From: Lytechinus pictus
Taxonomy: Eukaryota
Reading direction: 5' to 3'
Assembly (NCBI RefSeq): GCF_037042905.1
Contig: NC_087250.1
Location: 11,844,001 to 11,908,000, forward strand
DNA: 64,000 nt
In this document: positions 1-13,644 of the stretch, piece after piece
Layout of the letters: every line of letters begins with the position of its first letter
Numbering within the stretch: position 1 is the first letter of the stretch
Translations under genes and position numbers: made by a program
Notes under the pieces: generated by a model
What the model was told of the DNA's origin: nothing
Seen by the model: only the letters and a program-made list of their open reading frames with translations
Database searches by the model: none

Positions 1-3000
1 ATTTGACATTGTTAGGATTTTTGTAATACTGAACAGGATGCGTAAACAATATTTGATGCGAGCACGAAGCGCCAGCCAAAATTGTGTGATTTTGTAACCT
101 AAAATGTATTGCGTTTTATTTCAAGTTTCAAGAAAGGTATTTCATTTTGAAAAAGGACACATTTTATTTTGGACAAAAAAAGGCAGTTTTCATAAAAAAA
201 TCCTACTATTTTGCCGCACCTGCTCATACTGCACACACTTAAAATATTGGTTGCAGTTATCTGATCTTAACATCAAGTACATTGACCTTGATAAAAAAAC
301 ACCTTTCAAAATTAAGTAAAAATAATATAGACCTATATCAATGGAATATTAAAGAAAAAATTATAAAAAACTGCCCGACTTTTAACACTCAATAAACTCT
401 AAAAATATTGGGTAAGAATGCTCCATGAGAGTGTTATTGTGTCCAAACAACATTGAGCATTTCTTTTGGGCATTTTTATGTATCCAGTGTGATGACAATT
501 TTGCCCATTCTAAAGTAATTGTTGCTTCTTTTTCAACCCTACTGGACAATATGCTTCCCGCATTGGATAAATTTATTTCATTATTTCATTTTTTTTTACA
601 GTATATAATCCATTATTTAATCTCTCATCCAAATAAATTACATGTTGCAGCACTTTTATTAGAAAGATGAAGGGTTGAAAAAGGGCAAGGGGACAAACCG
701 ATCAATGAACTTTGTTCAGTAAAGGGAAAATCCCGCGCCTCCCCCAGAACAATGCCTTTATACAAAGAAGAAAAGTTTATTTCGAAACTATCGAATTGAT
801 CTACCAACGCGAACCAAAAATACCCTATAAAGGTAGATCTATTATTGTGGGATAAAAGGCTGCTCCTAACTGTTACATCAACGACGGTGGTTGTTTGCTC
901 GTTGCGATGTTGACCGTAGGTTGCTTTTCAACTGAATATCATATCAAACGCTTCAATCTAAGGAGCCCGAACACTAAAGCATAAATCAACGCTTATCAAG
1001 TTCAATATGGTTTGGACAGGAATGGTATACTCACGTGTTCATTTTTTAATTATCGGCCACGTCATATCCATGCATTTTTGTGCAGCACTGTGCATTTTTG
1101 GTGCATCATTTTACCCATAGTGCGTAAGAACTGCGACGCCATCTGAGTAAAATTTTACCCAATATTTGGTCAAAAGGGAACATGCATGTTTGCTGGGTAT
1201 TTTTTTTTTACCCCATATTGGGTTATTTCACCGCAGCATTGCCTGAAATTTACAAAATATTTGGTATCTTTTTACCCAGCCAACATACATGTTCCCATTT
1301 TACCCTAAATTGGATAAACTTTTTTTAGAGTGTAGATACACCAGTGAGTCATGTCCTAATAGAAAGCAGGTACGGGTGTGAAATCTTTATCTGTGCGATC
1401 CCTCGAAAACTTCGAACAACCGTTCCACTACAAATTTATACTGCCGACCCGTTTTATAAAACAAATAATGCACATCTTTAAAAATTCGCGATGTTATTGG
1501 CCATGCAGGTACCTCGGGTATTCGCAATAACATGGAAAAGCACTAGGCAAAAACGGCTCGTGTTTTCGCATATTGCAAATACCATCTATTGCGCTGCATT
1601 GCCACATCACACTCATAAATGACTGTGCATTATTTGTACAACATGAAATATGCAGGGTACAGGTGTGGGAAGTTGCCAGCGGTGTGAACTTACACAAAGG
1701 CAAGAAAATTATGTCATGTAGATACCTCGCAAAAGAAGCCATTTATTTGGCCAAGAAAACAATAACACAAAAATCACACTTAAAGTGTGTGGCTAGTTTT
1801 GAAAGAAGGCTAGATCAACTAGAACTTCTAGAAGTCAGAGCAGAAGTCAGAACATAAGTCAGTAAGGGGTAAAGCTTCGAGCAACAAACAATTTTGCATT
1901 TAAGATCTTAACCTTAACTGACATTTTTTTAATCAAATGACGTAGAACTTGAATATCATGAACACGACAACGCTTTATTTTGCTTCTTCCGCTGTCTTGA
2001 AATAGTTCAGTACATTATCATGCTCGTTCTTTTCACGTATAAATGAAATCAGTTACTATCAAAGTTGCCTTTTTAGTGTCGAAGTGCATTTTAAATAGGT
2101 AATTTAACATTTGGAAATTTCGCTTATAATGATAAACTGATATTGTGATCAGCCAACCCTAAATCAGCAATAGGTGGCCAGCGCCTCGTCTTACAAATAG
2201 TTAATCCAATCAATCACAACTATGGAAAGCCAGCAACGGCAACATTTACAATTATACCTGTTTGTTCAAAATATTTTCTAGATATGATGTATATTCATAC
2301 ATCCATTGTTCTCTTGAAGATTCAGTGTAATCTTTTTGTTAAGTAAGTGGATTTTGCATATTTCCTGTAAAAAAATGGTATGGATGGATTTCCATACAGT
2401 TGAGATTGAATGGATCTATCATAACTCTTTGTAAGACGGGATACAGGAAAGGTTCTCGATGAAGGCTTGTACAAAATGGGTGGGTGGCAGCACGTTGCGT
2501 CAGGTTAAGAGGAACCACATCATGCGTCAAAGCTCCCCTCCCCCCGTCAGGAAAACAAAACGGTTGCGTTAACGGGTGGTACCGCAACGCAACACTGAGA
2601 TAGGCCAGCATTAGCGTCCCAGTTTTCTGCGAAAAGGAAAACGGAAAATTCCACGTATTCATTGAATTTAAGCCGGAAAAAAAATTTCTGGAAAAAATAA
2701 AAATCTTGAAAATGAAAATCAAAATCTTCCCCAAAACACCACCTGCCATAAAAAATGTTCCTCGCGTTTAGCGCGTGCATTTGTCTTTACTTTCATGGAA
2801 ATTTGTGTTTTTCTATGGTGTTCATTAAAATAATATCTTTATGACATTCGTTGTACATGTTTTCAACAATACTTAAGAACACAGAATACATATCAGCTAA
2901 CACAGATAGCATAGGATGGGGACATGGTCAAGATGAGCTACCAACCAAGACCGGTGATGATTTTAAACAAGAGCAAAGGAATAGACAAACCGATAAATAA

Positions 3001-4055
3001 ACTTTGGATAGCAACAGGGAAAATCCCATGCCTCTCCCAGAACAGTGGCCCACAAAAAAATGTAGGGACTCCCTCCGAAATTATAGAATTGGAACTACCA
3101 ACGCGAACCAAAACAATTCCAGATTAAACGTCAGACCTATTCATTGTGAGATAAACGGCTACTCATATACGGTTACATGTACATTAACGACCTTGGTTGT
3201 TCAGTCGTTACGATGGTGATCGAAGGTTGCTATTCAACAACGTATTATGACATGCGCTACAATTTGAGAAAGCCCGTACACTACATGTATAGCATAATCA
3301 TGATAAATCAAGGAGTTTAAAGAGATGGAGTGACAACGAAATACCAATTAATTCATGCAGTTTCGAATTTCTAAAGAAATACAAAATAATACAGATGTTC
3401 ACGGTTGGTTGCTTTGGTTGCTAAATGATGCCACCAGTTTCTTGGGGAAGATTGGAAAGTGATTCGTGTTGAAAATATATAGTTGGGAATATTTCCAGTT
3501 TTATTTTATTACAGAATGTAGATTTTAAACGCATTATGAAGTACATGTATATCTGAAAGTCGTATTATTATGACCTGAAATTGTGCATTGTATGATAACA
3601 GTTTCAAAATGTGTGGAGAGATGCTAGCGTACACAAATGTTCAACAATTGTGTGATGTAACCACTTTGTAAGCAAGCCATTTGGTTCGTCAGGGGAAAGA
3701 ACAGGGAAAATCCCTAAGAAAACCCGAATGCCTGGCTCAATATCACACATAACCATGATAACCTTATCGCAAACTGTACGTTTATTGTTGAAAGAAGAAA
3801 ATTGACCAACTCAAAGTCCAGAACAATTAGCTGTATAAGGTAAACCTTCAAACAACAAACAGTTCTACATTTTAGAAAATAGTAACCTTAACTGGCATTT
3901 TTTCCATGAAATAACCCAGAACTTCAACGTCGTGAACATATCTGCGTTTTATTCTTCCTTGTCCCATACCAAAAAATATATCACTATACGAGCATGTTTG
4001 TTCGATTTTACGTTTAAAAAATATGTTATTAGCAATTTAGCAAAGGTGCCTTTAA

Positions 4056-4894
4056 AGGAGAAGTCCACCCCAACAAAAGTTGATTTGAATAAAAGGAGCA
4101 AAATCCAAGGAGCATGATACTGCACTGTAAAAACCGAGGTGTCAAAACTGACACCAATTGGTGTTAATAGAGGACCACACCCTGAGGTGTTAAAATTACA
4201 CCCTAGGGATTGAACATAACACCAAAGGGTGTTGATGTGACAACCAAAGGTGTTGTAATAACACCTATATGTGTTAAACTAACACTGTCAATTTAACATC
4301 GGTGTAAAATAACTGGTGTGGTCCTCTATGTGCACCGGTTAACACCACAGTTTTTGCTGTGTTACAATTTCATCAAAATCGGTTGTAAAATAAGAAAGTT
4401 ATGGCATTTCAAAATTTTGCTTAATATCACAAAACATTTATAATTATGCACATCCTGGTCGGTATGCAGTAGCAGACTGATGACATCACCCACTCGCTAT
4501 TTCTTGTGTATTTTAGTATATGAAATATGAAAAATTATATTCTTCTCATCATTCTCTTGTAAAACAAAATCTAATTCCTCCGTTAACATGTGGAATTATC
4601 ATTATTTTAACAGTTTAGGGTTACGTCAAGTTGGTCCTTATTGTCGAATCTGTGAAAATTGAAATATTCTATAATTCAAACAATAAAAACAGGAAAAAAG
4701 TGAGTGAGGGACACCATCGACTCTCTCATTTGCATATCACTGGGTTGTGCATATATATTTTTGTGAAAAATAAGCGAAACATGAAAATACCATAATTTTT
4801 CTTATTTTACATTCGATTTTGATGAAATTTTCAGCGTTATGCTTGTTTAATTTTTCTCTATCGAATCAACAATTTTCTGGGGTGGACTTGACCT
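4056..4894. mobile_element. Kolobok-like non-autonomous DNA transposon
   Basis: TTAA on both sides; termini AGGAGAAGTCCACCCC...GGGGTGGACTTGACCT; second copy at ~7019-7624; MITE nested at 4123-4361. Confidence 0.75.
4123..4361. mobile_element. CACT-ended palindromic MITE (CACTA/EnSpm-like) nested in the Kolobok-like element
   Basis: CACTGTAAAAAC...GTTTTTGCTGTG imperfect TIRs; internal ACACC/GGTGT subrepeats; absent from the 7019-7624 copy. Confidence 0.7.
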
Positions 4895-5212
4895 TTAAAT
4901 GTCAAATTACATGTGAAATAAGAACTTTAAAACATTTTGGAATTTTAACTGTTTGCTTAATATTTTGTGACCAGCTTCCCCCAAACCGGCGATAAGTGAC
5001 CAAGAAGGTCATCCCTAAATACTCAAAATAGCAAATTGGTACCAAAGAACATATCTAGATCAAAATAAATACAAGTATATTTCATGCTTATCTAAAGGAT
5101 AGATCCCCCTTCTTCTTCATACAATAAAAAACTAAAGCGGTAAACCTGAATAAAAGATGATACTACACTTTACCCCCCCCCTTCTCTCTGTCTGTCTCTC
5201 TCTCTGTCTCTT

Positions 5213-5465
5213 GGTGTGTTAGCTCAGTTGGTAGAGCGTTCGTCCCACAACCGGGAGGTCGGGAGTTCAAGCCCCGCGGACGCGTCAGACCAAAAGGCGT
5301 TAAAAGATAGGAGTTGCTGCTCAATACCCTGTCTGGCGTTCACCAAAAGGGTTTGAGCTACGTCGATCTGGCGCTGCACACTGGCTGAATGGCCCACGAT
5401 CAATTTGGCAAAAATAATTTCGGAGTATTTGTATTTAAAATTTCATTTCGAGTAATAAAATAAAG
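5213..5465 (+). mobile_element. tRNA-derived SINE (family A)
   Basis: A box TAGCTCAGTTGG and B box GAGTTCAAGCC, followed by a non-tRNA body; homologous copy on the minus strand at ~19010-19267. Confidence 0.75.
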
Positions 5466-7018
5466 ATTACTTTTTAATCTATTTTTAGGAGGGGGTGTGA
5501 GAGTTCTCGCTGCTTTATTTCTGCATTCAATTGTCAATTTTGACAAGCCATGTATCATTTTATTGATTAGCCTTTTCAAGTTCAATGAAAAATTCATCAT
5601 CATTATCATCATCATCGCATGTGAATAAGATCCCTTGAATTTTGAGGATCGGAATGTATATAATGAATATATTGATTTCCATTTTTATGTCTTGGTGGTT
5701 TAGCGGGTAGTTTTACTTTACCCACTAGTAGTGTAATTTGTTTTTCTTTCTTAGCTGTAAAATTAAAGAGCTGAGCAAATAAACTTCCTTATTGCATGGT
5801 TTTAATGCATAGCTTATTATATGATTTTCAATTACATGGTTTCACACAAACTTGGTTCAAGAGCTCTGTTTCTACTTTCTATAATATTCCTCATTTTGTT
5901 TTATACAACATTGTACAACATTGTAAACATTGTTGTACAATACAATAATGTAGACAGCATCTTATCAACTTGTATACAAAACGCGTGACGATTCGAATTC
6001 TAGTAATGAAAATGTCGATACCTTATTTATTGAAACATTATCAGGTACACGTGATGAGTCTGCATGTGTTATCGGGATCATTATCTGAGCCATGATTTCC
6101 CTTTTTATTACTAAAGGTTATGTAGGGGAATGTCTGTATCATATGACAAAAAGAATTAAAGCAGCCTAAAAGGTATATCAATATGAATTTCAACACAATT
6201 ACAACATATACCTTTTGCTCATACACTCGCATTTTAGGCCGCTTATTACAAAACCAACACGTGTATCAGCTACCTGTACTTCATTTTCATGCATTAATAA
6301 TATTTTTGCCAATATCTGTAATAAACAAATCGAGCAATTTCAGAGTCTAAAGTACAAGATCAACCTAAAATGAAAAATGCTGAACAAAATTTAGTAGACA
6401 ATATTCTTGATTATTTCTCATCAATTTTGAGCATGCACGATTGGTCTGTTTTTTTTTTCGGGAATTGAAAAATCCATCAGTCTAAAAAAAGGTCGAGTAA
6501 AAACTTTCCCAATATTGTGTACAAAGGGAACATGCATGATTGTTTGGTAATTTTCCCCCATATTGAGCAAAATGCATATTTTAAGGGTAAATTTGAACGC
6601 AAAACTGCGTAAAATTTACAACGTATTTGGTATCATTTTACCCAGCAAATATGTATGTTCCCATTTTATGTAATATTGGTTAAACTTTTTCAGAGTGAAA
6701 TTAATGATATAATGCATTTCTTTGTATTTTCAGGAGCTGTACAATAAATATTAGCCCCTTTAGAATTTTGTAAATCGTTAATGTTTACGATAACCGTGTA
6801 TAACAAGGGCATTGTTAAGTCAATCAAAAAACATAATGAATTATAACGCAGATTTGGAGGGAAAAAAACCCACACTGAAAGAAACAAAGTATGTACATTA
6901 TCCCACCGAAATTGTTTAAAGTAAATCATTAGACACAGCAAGCGACTATCAAAAAGTACTGAATACTGCACATGACGACACAACAAATACTTGTTAACAT
7001 AATAAGCCATACACTTTA

Positions 7019-7624
7019 AGGACAAGTCCACCCCAACAAAAAGTTGATTTGAATAAAAAGAGAAAAATCCAACAAGCATAACAGTGAAAACTTCATCAAA
7101 ACTTGATGTAAAATAAGAAAGTTATGACATTTTAAAGTTTTCTTAATTTCACAATATAGTTATATGTACATCCTGGTCGGAATGCAAATGAGAAGACTCA
7201 TGACGTCATCCACTCTCTATTTCTTTTGTATGTTATCATATGAAATATGAAATATTCTTATGTTCTCCTCAATGTCAAGTGAAACAACGATTAATTCCTC
7301 CCTGAACATGTGGAATTAGCATTGTTGAATACTATCTGGTTCAGTCAATATGGTTCAGTCCTTACCATGCTTACGGTCAAATCTATAAAAAATGAAATGT
7401 TGTATAATTCAAACAATAATAAAAAAAAATGGTGAGTGAGGGACATCACCGACTGTCTAATTTGCATTTCACTGAGTTGTACATATCACTGTTTTATGAA
7501 AAGTAACGAAACTTGAAAATATCTTCTTATTTTACATCCGATTTTGATGAAATTTTCAACATTATGCTTGTCTGATTTTCCTCTATTGATTCAAATCAAC
7601 ATTTTTATGAGGTGGATTTGACCT
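7019..7624. mobile_element. Kolobok-like non-autonomous DNA transposon, second copy
   Basis: Aligns end to end with 4056-4894 minus the nested MITE; TTAA-associated ends. Confidence 0.75.
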
Positions 7625-8283
7625 TAAACAAAAATGCAGGTTCACCTGCTGTGAGCTACATACATGTATAACTCAGTAGTTATGAAACCTATTACAAATA
7701 GAAAATATTTATCTGAATTATTCAATAACGCTTCCTGAATTTCGGTCCAGACCATACCAAAAACATTAAAATCCCCACCAAAATTTTTACCGATTATTCA
7801 AATTAGAACTTACCTAATTTACATGTACGTGTAATGTATGATGTATTTTGTAATTTGGATTGATTTGTAAACTTGATGTGTTTTTAAAGTGATGTGAATA
7901 CAATTGAATTAAAAACTGAATTAAACTAAATATATCCCTACTAATCCCTGCGAAGATATTGATGAAGATCCGATCCTTTATGTTACATTTTGCATGAATG
8001 AATAAATGAATGAATGAATTGACACTTTATTATCAATCACGAGGAAACTTGCCTTTCTTTAATGCATTACAAATACAAATATTTACACAAAATTGAAGTT
8101 TACATGAGATAACAAGGCATAAATTTGTTTGTTTGTTTGTTTTTATTTCCGAATCAGATAAAAAATATACAATATACAAGAGAGATACATACAATAACGG
8201 AGGATCACCCAATTCAGCTGTATTTTCAAAATACCGCTGTTCTTCCTTGGGGTCCTACATTTACCATACAAAGTAATATACAC

Positions 8284-8317
<34 letters not shown>

Positions 8318-8346
8318 GTAATATTGGTGGGGGGGGGGGGTAAATA

Positions 8347-8558
8347 CCCTGCAAAAAATGCCGGTGTTGATTTAACACTAGTCTGGTATCTATTATGTCC
8401 ACACCAGAGAAGTGTTAAACAACACCAGTTTCGTTTTGGTTAAACACCAATTAGTATTAAAACGGCATCGGTTTGATTCCAAACTGGTGTTGTTTCAATA
8501 CTTCTCTGGTGTGGACATTCCGGGCTGGTGTCAAATCAACACCGGAGTTTTAGCAGTG
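8347..8558. mobile_element. CACT-type palindromic MITE
   Basis: Same family as 40536-40777 and 41407-41650 (CCGGTGTTGATTTAACAC...AACACCGGAGTTTT). Confidence 0.7.
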
Positions 8559-8881
8559 AGGGTGCAAAATGAACCATATAAGAAAGGTGCAAATTTTCAT
8601 ATTTTTTATGTCAAATATAATGCGCCTTAACAGGTAAAATTCTGCACCTTTTATGGTGCTAATGCATATTTCTTGGTGCAAATAATAACAAAAATTAGTA
8701 TTTTGCACCATGTTTTATACGTAAAAGGTTGGGACAGGTGTTTCATTTAGGTTAAAACAAAAATCCTTATTGTGTGTCCCCAGTATTATCCCGTGTGTCC
8801 TCTGATCATGCTGATGGGTGAAGACTGTGGTAAGAGAAGTTGCACAGTAAAGTTGTGACGTCATGATGATGATGGGACCGA

Positions 8882-8916
8882 TCATGCGTTCTCCCATGCT
8901 GTTGATCTTGAATTTT
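8882..8916 (-). CDS. Putative terminal coding exon of the ZU5-DD-DD-UPA gene (ENSRSTAWENA*)
   Basis: Pyrimidine-rich acceptor tttccccgtttacatag; phase 1 matches the previous exon; no homology support. Confidence 0.35.
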
Positions 8917-10079
8917 CTATGTAAACGGGGAAATGAAATGATTTAATATATGCTTTTGTGATGAACACCACAGCTCCAAAATTCATCATATACATAGGGT
9001 TCTGTTTCTGAGATACAAGCCAGACTGAGTATTTTAAAGTGCATAATGGTGTATTTTTTTTCCCTCTATCTATTTGTGCTCTAATTATTTTTTCAAAAAC
9101 ACATAAATGATGATATATTTTCTATCTTCAAATCACTTGACAAAAACAATAATTACGTAAGTGTGAGTTCTTTGAACGTCTTATTTTACCAAAAACTTAC
9201 TTCACCGGCTTTATGTAGCCTATACATGTACATCACGTCGCTTACTGACTTTTTACTTATTATTTGAACATTTGAGACATTGATTATTTTTCCCATTTTT
9301 AAGTGAAAAAAATATTTGCTGTAAATTATGTTGATTCTACAAGGGTCCCTTTTCATGCCACTGTTTCTATAGCAAATCTACTATTAGCCAATCGCATTGA
9401 AAGATTTCAGTAGCTTTCAACTGTTATTGCTAATTTGTTAATGTAACAAGCTTTATGAAATGGGCTCGAAATATATAAATTGTGAAACTTACATATTGTG
9501 TGTTCATGAAAATTGCACGATGATTTTAGAAGAAATAATTGTTTAAAATCGACAGTCCAATCAGTGGAATCCTGCCTTCATTGGGGAAGCGAACTAATAC
9601 CTCGGTCATATTTGCTCTACGGCGGCCGTACGGCGAGTCGAAAACAGCCGTTTCAACATTTTTGTACCAGCTTAATATAGGTGGTCTGAATAAAAAAAAA
9701 AAAGTTGTTTTTTACTCGCCGTACGGCCGCCGTAGAGCGAATATGACCGAGGTATTACCAACACTGCGTGGGGTCTATTTGTGACGAAGGGTTATAAATA
9801 GCTTGTCTTATCTCTTGAAATAACTATTCACACAAAACTGCCTACAATCTTAGTTGTTTAAGAGTAAAAAGAATATATAGCGACCTGTTATATTAAGTAT
9901 TGCGATATGAATGTAGTAGTTAATTAGCAAAGTATCACTCAAGTGGTCTTATAATGCAATAATACATTGCTCAGAATGTTAATTATGGGAGAACTGCATG
10001 CCCAGATTTCAGTGCTTGAGTGCTTGAGGTAAATACTATGCTGGTTCGTATTTGCTTTAAGCATCAACCCGTCTTCTCT

Positions 10080-10270
10080 GTACACCACGTATCTTTCTTG
10101 GGCAAGTGTTGGTCCTGAAGAGTTCAGGAGACGACAGTCAAGAACACTCTTGTCGAAACGTCGAGTTTGGGTGGTCCTTTTCAGGACCAACACTTGCCCA
10201 AGAAGGTTACATGGTGTACCGTGAAACCTTTTACACTATACTTCCTCGACATGGAAACCTTCAGAAGTTA
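10080..10270 (+). mobile_element. Penelope-like retroelement terminal-repeat relic with inverted duplication and degenerate hammerhead motif
   Basis: ~40-bp inverted repeat (10080-10119 vs 10180-10219) around CGACAG...TTGTCGAAACGTCGAG. Confidence 0.4.
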
Positions 10271-10328
10271 CAATCCGTTCTCCCCCATCCAAACATAACT
10301 AGACAGTATTCATTTTCACATGCCTAAC

Positions 10329-10479
10329 CTTTCATGTCGACGACAAATATGCTATTCCGGCGTCTTTTCCCATGTGAAATCGTTATTTTTACATTTCCTT
10401 CATTCATTGAGATGTCTGTAAAATCCAAGTCAAAGTCCAGGATGTTTTGGCCGAGATTCAGATCCAGCATGTCGAGGGT
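10329..10479 (-). CDS. ZU5-DD-DD-UPA gene exon, UPA-like C-terminal part (TLDMLDLNLGQNILDFDLDF...IFVVDMK)
   Basis: atgcag acceptor and gttagg donor; phase 0->1; open frame; alternating beta-strand pattern. Confidence 0.7.
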
Positions 10480-10533
10480 CTGCATAATCACGGTAGGTGT
10501 TGTGTTTGTAGAGGAGATTAAAAAGAGAAGGGA

Positions 10534-10901
10534 CACGGACGTGACGGAAATGAAATGGAGTTTTCGCTTTTACTACGAATAAACTCTCTACAACGCTTCG
10601 ATTAATTTTCTTTGAAAATGCAATTGAAATCACATTGGAGAGCTGAGAGGCCTTTGGCGAAAGTTGGTGGACTGGGGCTGCAGATCATCCGAAGATTTGC
10701 CTCGGAAGAACAAGTGGAAATGTGTCGTTGGCCAGAGTAAAGGGATTCCGATTCTGTCCCGGTCCAGCATTTTCGGGACCAACTTTCGACAAAAGCCTCT
10801 CAGCCCTCCATTGTCATGATTGTAATTTTACTTGCATTCTCAAAGGAATTGGTGCGTTGTAGAGAGTTCCTCCTAGGAAATGCAAAAGGTTCGGAACCGT
10901 G
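10534..10901. mobile_element. Degenerate palindromic MITE with CACGG...CCGTG ends
   Basis: Inverted arms (CTCTCTACAACGC/GCGTTGTAGAGAG; GCTGAGAGGC/GCCTCTCAGC); no TSD seen. Confidence 0.5.
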
Positions 10902-11269
10902 TGCCTCATTGAATAAAACGTTGATCAAGCGCCTCGCAGAACTTTTATGTTTTATTTATTGATATTTTTTTATCTACTGACTTACATAATTATATTTTTA
11001 AATTGATGTACTAATTCATTAAAAAATAGTCCGCACGCACAGACCCTTTGTTTTTCGTATTTGCATAGTGCATTAAACACAGTCTGAAGTGGTGAGACTA
11101 GATTCACTATGTACTGTGGCTGGCTCTGCCAATTTATTCGATATTTGACCCAGACAAAACTTGTTTGCGTCTTGACTTCATTCTAGACCTGTTATTGGCT
11201 GAAGTGTAAAAAAATGGTCTGTGCTTACAGACTACATTCAAAAGGTCTCAATCGTAAATGAACACCGTA

Positions 11270-11562
11270 TCACGTCGTGGCCCGGTGTATTAGTCTCTGG
11301 ACTTTCAAACAGAGGGTCGTGGGTTCGAATCCCAGCTATGGCGTAGTTTTCTTCAGCAAGGGATTCATCCACAGTATGCTGCACTCGACCAGGTGAGGTA
11401 AATGGGTACCGGCAGGAAGGAATTCCGTAAAAAGCTGTGTGCACCTGAATAGGTAGCCTAGCTTAGCCGGGGTAATAATAATAACAGGGCCCGCTGGGAA
11501 AACAGTTCTCGGAACTGAAGTGGCTACCCTGGGTAAATATACCGTTATTATTATTATTATTA
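11270..11562 (+). mobile_element. tRNA-derived SINE with Deu/Nin-like central core (family B)
   Basis: B box GGTTCGAATCC; core TGCACTCGACCAGGTGAGGTAAATGGGTACC; (TTA)n tail; copy at 31920-32207. Confidence 0.75.
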
Positions 11563-11579
11563 TATTGCTTTTTTAATAC

Positions 11580-11714
11580 CTCTGTCACGATCTCTTCTGT
11601 TTCATCCAATGAGCACGAAACGTCGAGACCATTCTGAATAGCAGAATCAACTACAAACAACCGCTCAACGTCTCTGGTGACTCGACCCATCATCTCCATT
11701 TCCTCGCACAATCC
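11580..11714 (-). CDS. ZU5-DD-DD-UPA gene exon, UPA-like middle part (GLCEEMEMMGRVTRDVERLFVV...IVTE)
   Basis: ctctctttaccaacag acceptor, gtatta donor; 135 bp; phase 0-0 fits both neighbours. Confidence 0.75.
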
Positions 11715-11894
11715 CTGTTGGTAAAGAGAGTCGAGATTAGTTCCCAGACTTCTAGCACCTCAAAAACCGACACAAAAGGTTGCCCCAAATAAACTTTTAG
11801 GATAATTTTAATGACCATGATAGAGCACAATTTAACCTTTAAAAGAAACCTAGCTTGTCAAAATTGATCGACAATAACCCACGCAAGTCTTTAA

Positions 11895-13644
11895 TACCCC
11901 CATCTCACTAGGAAGGCGATCGTGGCGACCATGGCGATCTGTGTAAATCCCGCAAATCGTAGCAGAATCTTCCTCGAATTCTATTTTTAGCCTGCGAGAC
12001 GATTGCACTGCAACTTCTATGCGACCGACCTGCGGCGAAGGCGATGGTAATACGCTGAAAGTACGACGATGCCACTTTCTTGCGACGATTCGAGGCAGAT
12101 GTGATGCGCTGCTTCTGCGATCAAAGCGATCGTACAACGAGGCTCATACGCTAATTAGGACCTCGGTACGGTGGTGCTACGAATGAAGCGATTATGTTAC
12201 GTTCATGATGGGCTCTTGAAACGATTTCAAGCAATCGGCATACTAATTGCGGCACATGACACATTTTTCAGTCGATTGCCAACCTCCGACCAACATGGAT
12301 GTCCAGAATTTGGTTGGACTTATACATCTTGGCATTCTAAAAGAACATCAGTTAAAAGTTGAATGCGAGGACAGGAGAAGGAGGAGGCCAAAAAGATACA
12401 GGGTCCGATCCTGGCTGTCACCTAAGTCATAATATACAATATTTTAAAAATTTCATTCAAAAGATGTCGATGAGCCTAATAGTTAATATGAGGGATGCAT
12501 CCAAAATTTCATAAAAGAGCATAAAAATCTTTGATATTCTGTTTATTTTTTTCCACAAAGTTTGTCACTCAAAAATATTTGGTAAATTCCTTTCAAATTT
12601 GCTGACAAGAAGTAGTCTACTGATGTGAGAGCACTCATAAAAAGGGAGGGGTAGGGGGCACAATGCCAGAATCTCCCTAAAGATTGCCTTTCCCAATCAA
12701 TACATTAGTGATCGAATCATTAACAAAATTTGATGTTGTCTCCTGTCACTGTGGTTAGAATTCAATTTATTTTCAAAACATAATCAATTTATTTATTTCT
12801 GCAGAGGTAACCCATTTCGTCATCAAGACATGTGAGCGTCTTTTTTCTCTTTCCAGCTGGCTCAGCAGTAAGATTTTCATCCTCCTCCTGTACCCCCTCC
12901 TCTTCCTCCTCTACCTCCTCCTCCTCTACCACCATCATAACCCCTTGATCTTCCTCTTCGACCGCCGGCCTAAGAGGGGTAGCTTGGGCAGCTTTCCCTT
13001 TTCTGGTCCTTTTTCTGGGAGGTATGTTTGAAAACGCCGTGGTATCGCCTCGTAATCTGTTGCAAATATGATAATCCGCCACCATCGGCACGGCGTTTTA
13101 TAGCAGCGCGGACGGTTGTTGCGCAATCGCTGCCCAGTCATCAGCGGCGCAGCAAAAGCGCAACGCGAACGCCTGTAGCGGGCTGAGAACGTGTGCCACA
13201 TGCCACCCAAAGAAGGAAGCGTCGTGGTGGAAGCTGTGTGAAGCGTGTCGAGCGCAAGGCAGTCGCCTTGTAAACGGAAGCAGCGTAGCAGAATTGTCTT
13301 GGGAACGGGCCTGAAAACCACGGGCGATCGGTGCCGCTTTTAATGCGCTTATACTACGCTTTATGCGTTGGGGCTCCGTTACAGCTACGAATATGTCGTT
13401 TGTAATACGCTCATGACTCGATTGTGATGCGCTTTAGCACCTCCGCGATCTCGCTACGTAAGTTTTGAACATGTTCAAAATTTTGTGGCGACCATAAAGA
13501 TGGTGGCGATCCTTGCCGCTTCAGAAAAGATCAAGGTACGACGGAGAAGATTGAAAAGATCAAGGCACGATCAAGCTACGTTATACCACGCTTTGTCGAT
13601 TTTTGACGATCGCAGTGGAATCGCCATCTAGTGAGATGGGGGTA
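11895..13644. mobile_element. PIF/Harbinger-like internally deleted transposon
   Basis: TIR TACCCCCATCTCACTAG at both ends; 3-bp TAA TSD (11892-11894, 13645-13647); convergent remnant ORFs (+12295-12432 RRRRPKRYRVRSWL; -12789-13030 basic/acidic N-terminus). Confidence 0.8.

Noticed and set aside
5213..5285. Possible true tRNA genes here and at ~11270, ~19200, ~31920 and ~37150
   Set aside because: Acceptor stems do not pair, there is no terminator, and they run into shared SINE bodies
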